DNA of 32,000 nt. Source: Acaryochloris thomasi RCC1774 (GTDB taxonomy: Bacteria; Cyanobacteriota; Cyanobacteriia; Thermosynechococcales; Thermosynechococcaceae). Location of the stretch: the NCBI RefSeq assembly GCF_003231495.1, contig NZ_PQWO01000002.1:90001-122000 (forward strand). The letters are read 5' to 3'. This document shows positions 29,406 through 32,000 of the stretch, piece by piece (position 1 is the first letter of the stretch; the number at the start of each line of letters is the position of its first letter). A program made the translations under genes and the position numbers. The notes under the pieces were generated by a model. It worked only from the letters and a program-made list of their open reading frames with translations, did not search any database and was not told where the DNA came from.

Positions 29406-32000
29406 GTGGAGATTAATCAGCAAAAACAGGTGCGACACCTGTTAGTTATTGGAGGAGCGGCAGGGTTTAGTCTAGTTCCACTAGAAGCCTCATCCCACTC
29501 CATTGGGCGAGACCCCACAAACTCGATTGCCCTAGCTTCTAAGGCCGTTTCTCGCCAGCATGCGCTATTGCTGCGCGTGACCAGCGCTGACGCCAGTAGC
29601 TTTGGCTTTTTGCTCATTGATGGTGATCTGCAGGGCAAACGGAGCACCAACGGTATTAAAGTTAACGGCAAAAAGCAATTCTCCCGTCGTCTCAAGGGGG
29701 GAGACTGTATCCTATTTGGCAATCAGGTCAAGGCTCGATACTTGAACCTACAGCCGCTGTCTGACGAAGAGTTTGAGCTTTACTGTCAAGACATTAACTA
29801 CGAAGAGTTACTGGCTGAAGAAAACTTTGTGTTTTCTCCGACAACAGGGGATTCCCTTGAACAAGAGAGCTTTGATGAAGCCTCGTTAATTCGACTCGCT
29901 TCCTTCCCAGAGATTATTCCCAGCCCCATGTTTGAGGTTAATCTAGAGGGAGAATTAACCTACCTCAATCCAGCCGCTGCCAGCACCTTCCCTGAACTGC
30001 CCGTCGAAAGAATCGAACATCCTGTGCTCCGGGGATTGCTGGAGCTGATCTCGGCCTCTGAGCAAAATATTCTTGTGCGGGAAGTCGAGGTGGCTGGCAA
30101 CGTCTATGAGCAGTCTATTCACTACATCTCTGAGAGTGATCTGGTCCGCTGCTGTGTTTTTGATATCACTGAGCGCAAGCATGCTGAAGCTGAACTGATA
30201 AAGCGAGATCGCCTCCTGCAGAGCGTTGCCCAAGCAACTACGCACCTGCTTGAGAGCACGGGGTACGACCTCGCGATTTTTAAAGCCCTAGAAATCTTAG
30301 GGAAAGCAGCAGGAGTCGATCGCATCAGCATCTGCGAAAACCATCCGCTGGCGCAGACCCATGAAGTCGTGACCAGCATGCGCTTTGAATGGACCCGCGA
30401 TTCTATTGAATCCATTCGTCACAAAACCCACCGCCAAGGTCTGTCCTATCGCAATCCGACCCTTGCCCAGTGGCATCAAACTTTCCAAGCCGCTGATGCT
30501 GTGTGTAGTCTCACCCAAGAACTCCCTGATGCTGAACGAACCCTGCTGTTGAGAGATGGCATTCTTTCGATTTTAGTCGTGCCTATCTTTATCAATGGTG
30601 CGCTTTGGGGCTTCATTGAGCTTGATAACTGCACTGTTGAATATCGCTGGTCTCCGCAGGAAGAATCGGTGGTGTTCGCAATGGCGGCCAGCATTAGTGC
30701 GGCGCTACAGCGTCAAGATAAAGAAGAAATTATTCGCCACCAAGCCTTCCATGATGCCCTCACTGATTTACCCAATCGAGTTCTGTTTAACGATCGTCTC
30801 AAGCTAGCGCTGGCGGGTGCCCAGCGAACCAAGCAAGACATTGCCGTCATGTTCTTAGACCTGGATCGCTTCAAGGTTATCAACGACAGCCTCGGCCACT
30901 CCGTGGGTGATGAACTGCTGCTAGAGGTGGCGAATCGGCTGCGAGCTTGTCTGAGAGAGGGGGATACCGTTGCTCGTTGGGGCGGGGATGAGTTTACGCT
31001 GCTGCTGCCGCAGGCCCAATCGATTGATGATATTACGTTGACGGCCTACCGTATCTTAGAATCTCTCAAGCTCCCCTTTGTGATTCGTGAGCATGAGCTG
31101 CACGTGACGGCGAGTATCGGGATTTCGGTCTCTGCTGGCGCAAGCGATAGTGCAGAGACCCTAATGCAAAGTGCTGATGTCGCGCTCTACCGCAGTAAAG
31201 AGCACGGTCGGGGTACCTACCAGCTTTACAGTCCGGCCATGAATTCTAAGGCTCCAGACTTACTGGCCCTAGAGAATGGACTACGCTACGCCATTGAGCG
31301 TGATGAGCTGCTGCTGTGCTATCAGCCCAAAATCAATATTCAGACCGGAGCCATCATGGGCCTTGAAGCTTTGATTCGGTGGCAGCATCCAGAGCGGGGC
31401 TTGGTCTCACCAGCCACTTTTATCCCTCTTGCTGAAGAAACGGGCCTGATTATCGAGATTGGTGAGTGGGTTCTTCGCACGGCCTGTCAACAAACCGTGG
31501 AGTGGCATCGTCAGGGACTGCAGCCGCTTTCTGTCGCCGTCAACCTCTCGGCTCGGCAGTTTTTCCAGCCCAACTTGCCCGAGATTGTGGCCCAAGTCTT
31601 GCTGCAAACTCAGCTCGATCCCCAGTCTCTGGAGCTAGAAATCACTGAGACAACGGCGGTGAAAAATATGGACTTCACCAAGTCGGTTTTGGCTCAGCTC
31701 AAGGATCTTGGGGTCCATATTGCTATGGATGATTTTGGCACCGGCTACTCGTCCCTCAACTATCTCAAGGAGCTACCTTTCAATACCCTGAAAATTGACC
31801 AGTCTTTCATCCGCGATCTAAAGCCTAAATCTAAGGATGTTGAAATTATTAATGCCGTTCTGGGTCTGGGGCGAGGCCTGAAGCTAGATATTGTGGCAGA
31901 AGGAGTTGATAGCGAAGAGCAGCTCACAGTGCTGCAGTCGCTAGAGTGTGAGATTGTACAGGGCTATTTGTTTAGCCGCCCGCTTCCGGCAGATGAGATC
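29406..32000 (+). CDS. FHA-PAS-GAF-GGDEF-EAL multidomain c-di-GMP signalling protein; the 3' end runs off the window
   Basis: My own translation from GTG 29406, which is in frame to position 32000; an in-frame TAA lies at 29346. FHA: HSIGRDPTNSIALASKAVSRQHALLLRV..LIDGDLQGKRSTNGIKVNGKK. PAS: ends ..FDITERKHAE. GAF: ..LVVPIFINGALWGFIELDNC..RW. GGDEF: ARWGGDEFTLLL. EAL: GLEALIRW, ELEITET, DDFGTGYSSL, QGYLFSRP. The ORF is not in the track because it is open-ended. Confidence 0.85.
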   Translation, partial: MEINQQKQVRHLLVIGGAAGFSLVPLEASSHSIGRDPTNSIALASKAVSRQHALLLRVTSADASSFGFLLIDGDLQGKRSTNGIKVNGKKQFSRRLKGGDCILFGNQVKARYLNLQPLSDEEFELYCQDINYEELLAEENFVFSPTTGDSLEQESFDEASLIRLASFPEIIPSPMFEVNLEGELTYLNPAAASTFPELPVERIEHPVLRGLLELISASEQNILVREVEVAGNVYEQSIHYISESDLVRCCVFDITERKHAEAELIKRDRLLQSVAQATTHLLESTGYDLAIFKALEILGKAAGVDRISICENHPLAQTHEVVTSMRFEWTRDSIESIRHKTHRQGLSYRNPTLAQWHQTFQAADAVCSLTQELPDAERTLLLRDGILSILVVPIFINGALWGFIELDNCTVEYRWSPQEESVVFAMAASISAALQRQDKEEIIRHQAFHDALTDLPNRVLFNDRLKLALAGAQRTKQDIAVMFLDLDRFKVINDSLGHSVGDELLLEVANRLRACLREGDTVARWGGDEFTLLLPQAQSIDDITLTAYRILESLKLPFVIREHELHVTASIGISVSAGASDSAETLMQSADVALYRSKEHGRGTYQLYSPAMNSKAPDLLALENGLRYAIERDELLLCYQPKINIQTGAIMGLEALIRWQHPERGLVSPATFIPLAEETGLIIEIGEWVLRTACQQTVEWHRQGLQPLSVAVNLSARQFFQPNLPEIVAQVLLQTQLDPQSLELEITETTAVKNMDFTKSVLAQLKDLGVHIAMDDFGTGYSSLNYLKELPFNTLKIDQSFIRDLKPKSKDVEIINAVLGLGRGLKLDIVAEGVDSEEQLTVLQSLECEIVQGYLFSRPLPADEI

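Noticed and set aside
29417-31607. Minus-strand ORFs of 66-101 aa (29417-29722, 29955-30245, 30122-30415, 30297-30518, 30476-30694, 31407-31607) and the plus-strand ORFs 30595-30807 and 31466-31648
   Set aside because: All lie within the open-ended plus-strand FHA-PAS-GAF-GGDEF-EAL reading frame, which has unambiguous domain motifs. They are off-frame or antisense artefacts.
1-32000. CRISPR arrays, tRNA or rRNA genes, and prophage or defence islands
   Set aside because: I saw no regularly spaced direct repeats, no cloverleaf-like or rRNA-like segments, and no recognisable defence-gene motifs (Cas, restriction-modification, toxin-antitoxin, Cyclase/TIR/STAND) while reading both strands.

Overview
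This is a chromosomal window from a cyanobacterium. I infer that from at least 15 copies of the HIP1 octamer GCGATCGC, psbI, a StpA/Ggt glucosylglycerol locus and PatA-type regulators. Contents from left to right:

1. **Compatible-solute locus (1-5873).** stpA (partial, minus strand) is divergent from a CUT1 ABC operon with a lipoprotein binding protein, two permeases and an ATPase (ggtBCDA-like).
2. **MNIO operon (6131-7872, minus strand).** A compact four-gene operon encodes two paralogous Sec-signal peptides ending in CPxCGxG, a DUF692/MNIO (MbnB-like) enzyme and a 65-aa partner. This is the best candidate for an undescribed RiPP or metallophore system.
3. **Phosphohexomutase.**
4. **Chemotaxis-like operon (10206-19465).** It follows a 634-bp non-coding leader and is of the Tax/Pil/Hmp type: PatA-type response regulator, CheY, CheW, two tandem paralogous MCPs with a non-canonical signalling tip, and a hybrid CheA-REC.
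5. **Secreted SYLF-domain protein and a PLD(HKD x2)/EF-hand/ComEA(HhH) fusion.**
6. **AT-rich patch with an orphan ORF.**
7. **Remaining genes.** A YjbQ-like protein, a 496-aa hypothetical, psbI (38 aa, below the ORF-track cutoff), GC-hairpin repeats, an OstA/LptD-like outer-membrane protein, a stand-alone GAF protein with DXCF-cyanobacteriochrome-like cysteines, cobK, and a partial FHA-PAS-GAF-GGDEF-EAL protein running off the right edge.

I recognised no tRNA, rRNA, CRISPR array, transposase or integrase. All family calls rest on motif recognition by eye, because no searches could be run.
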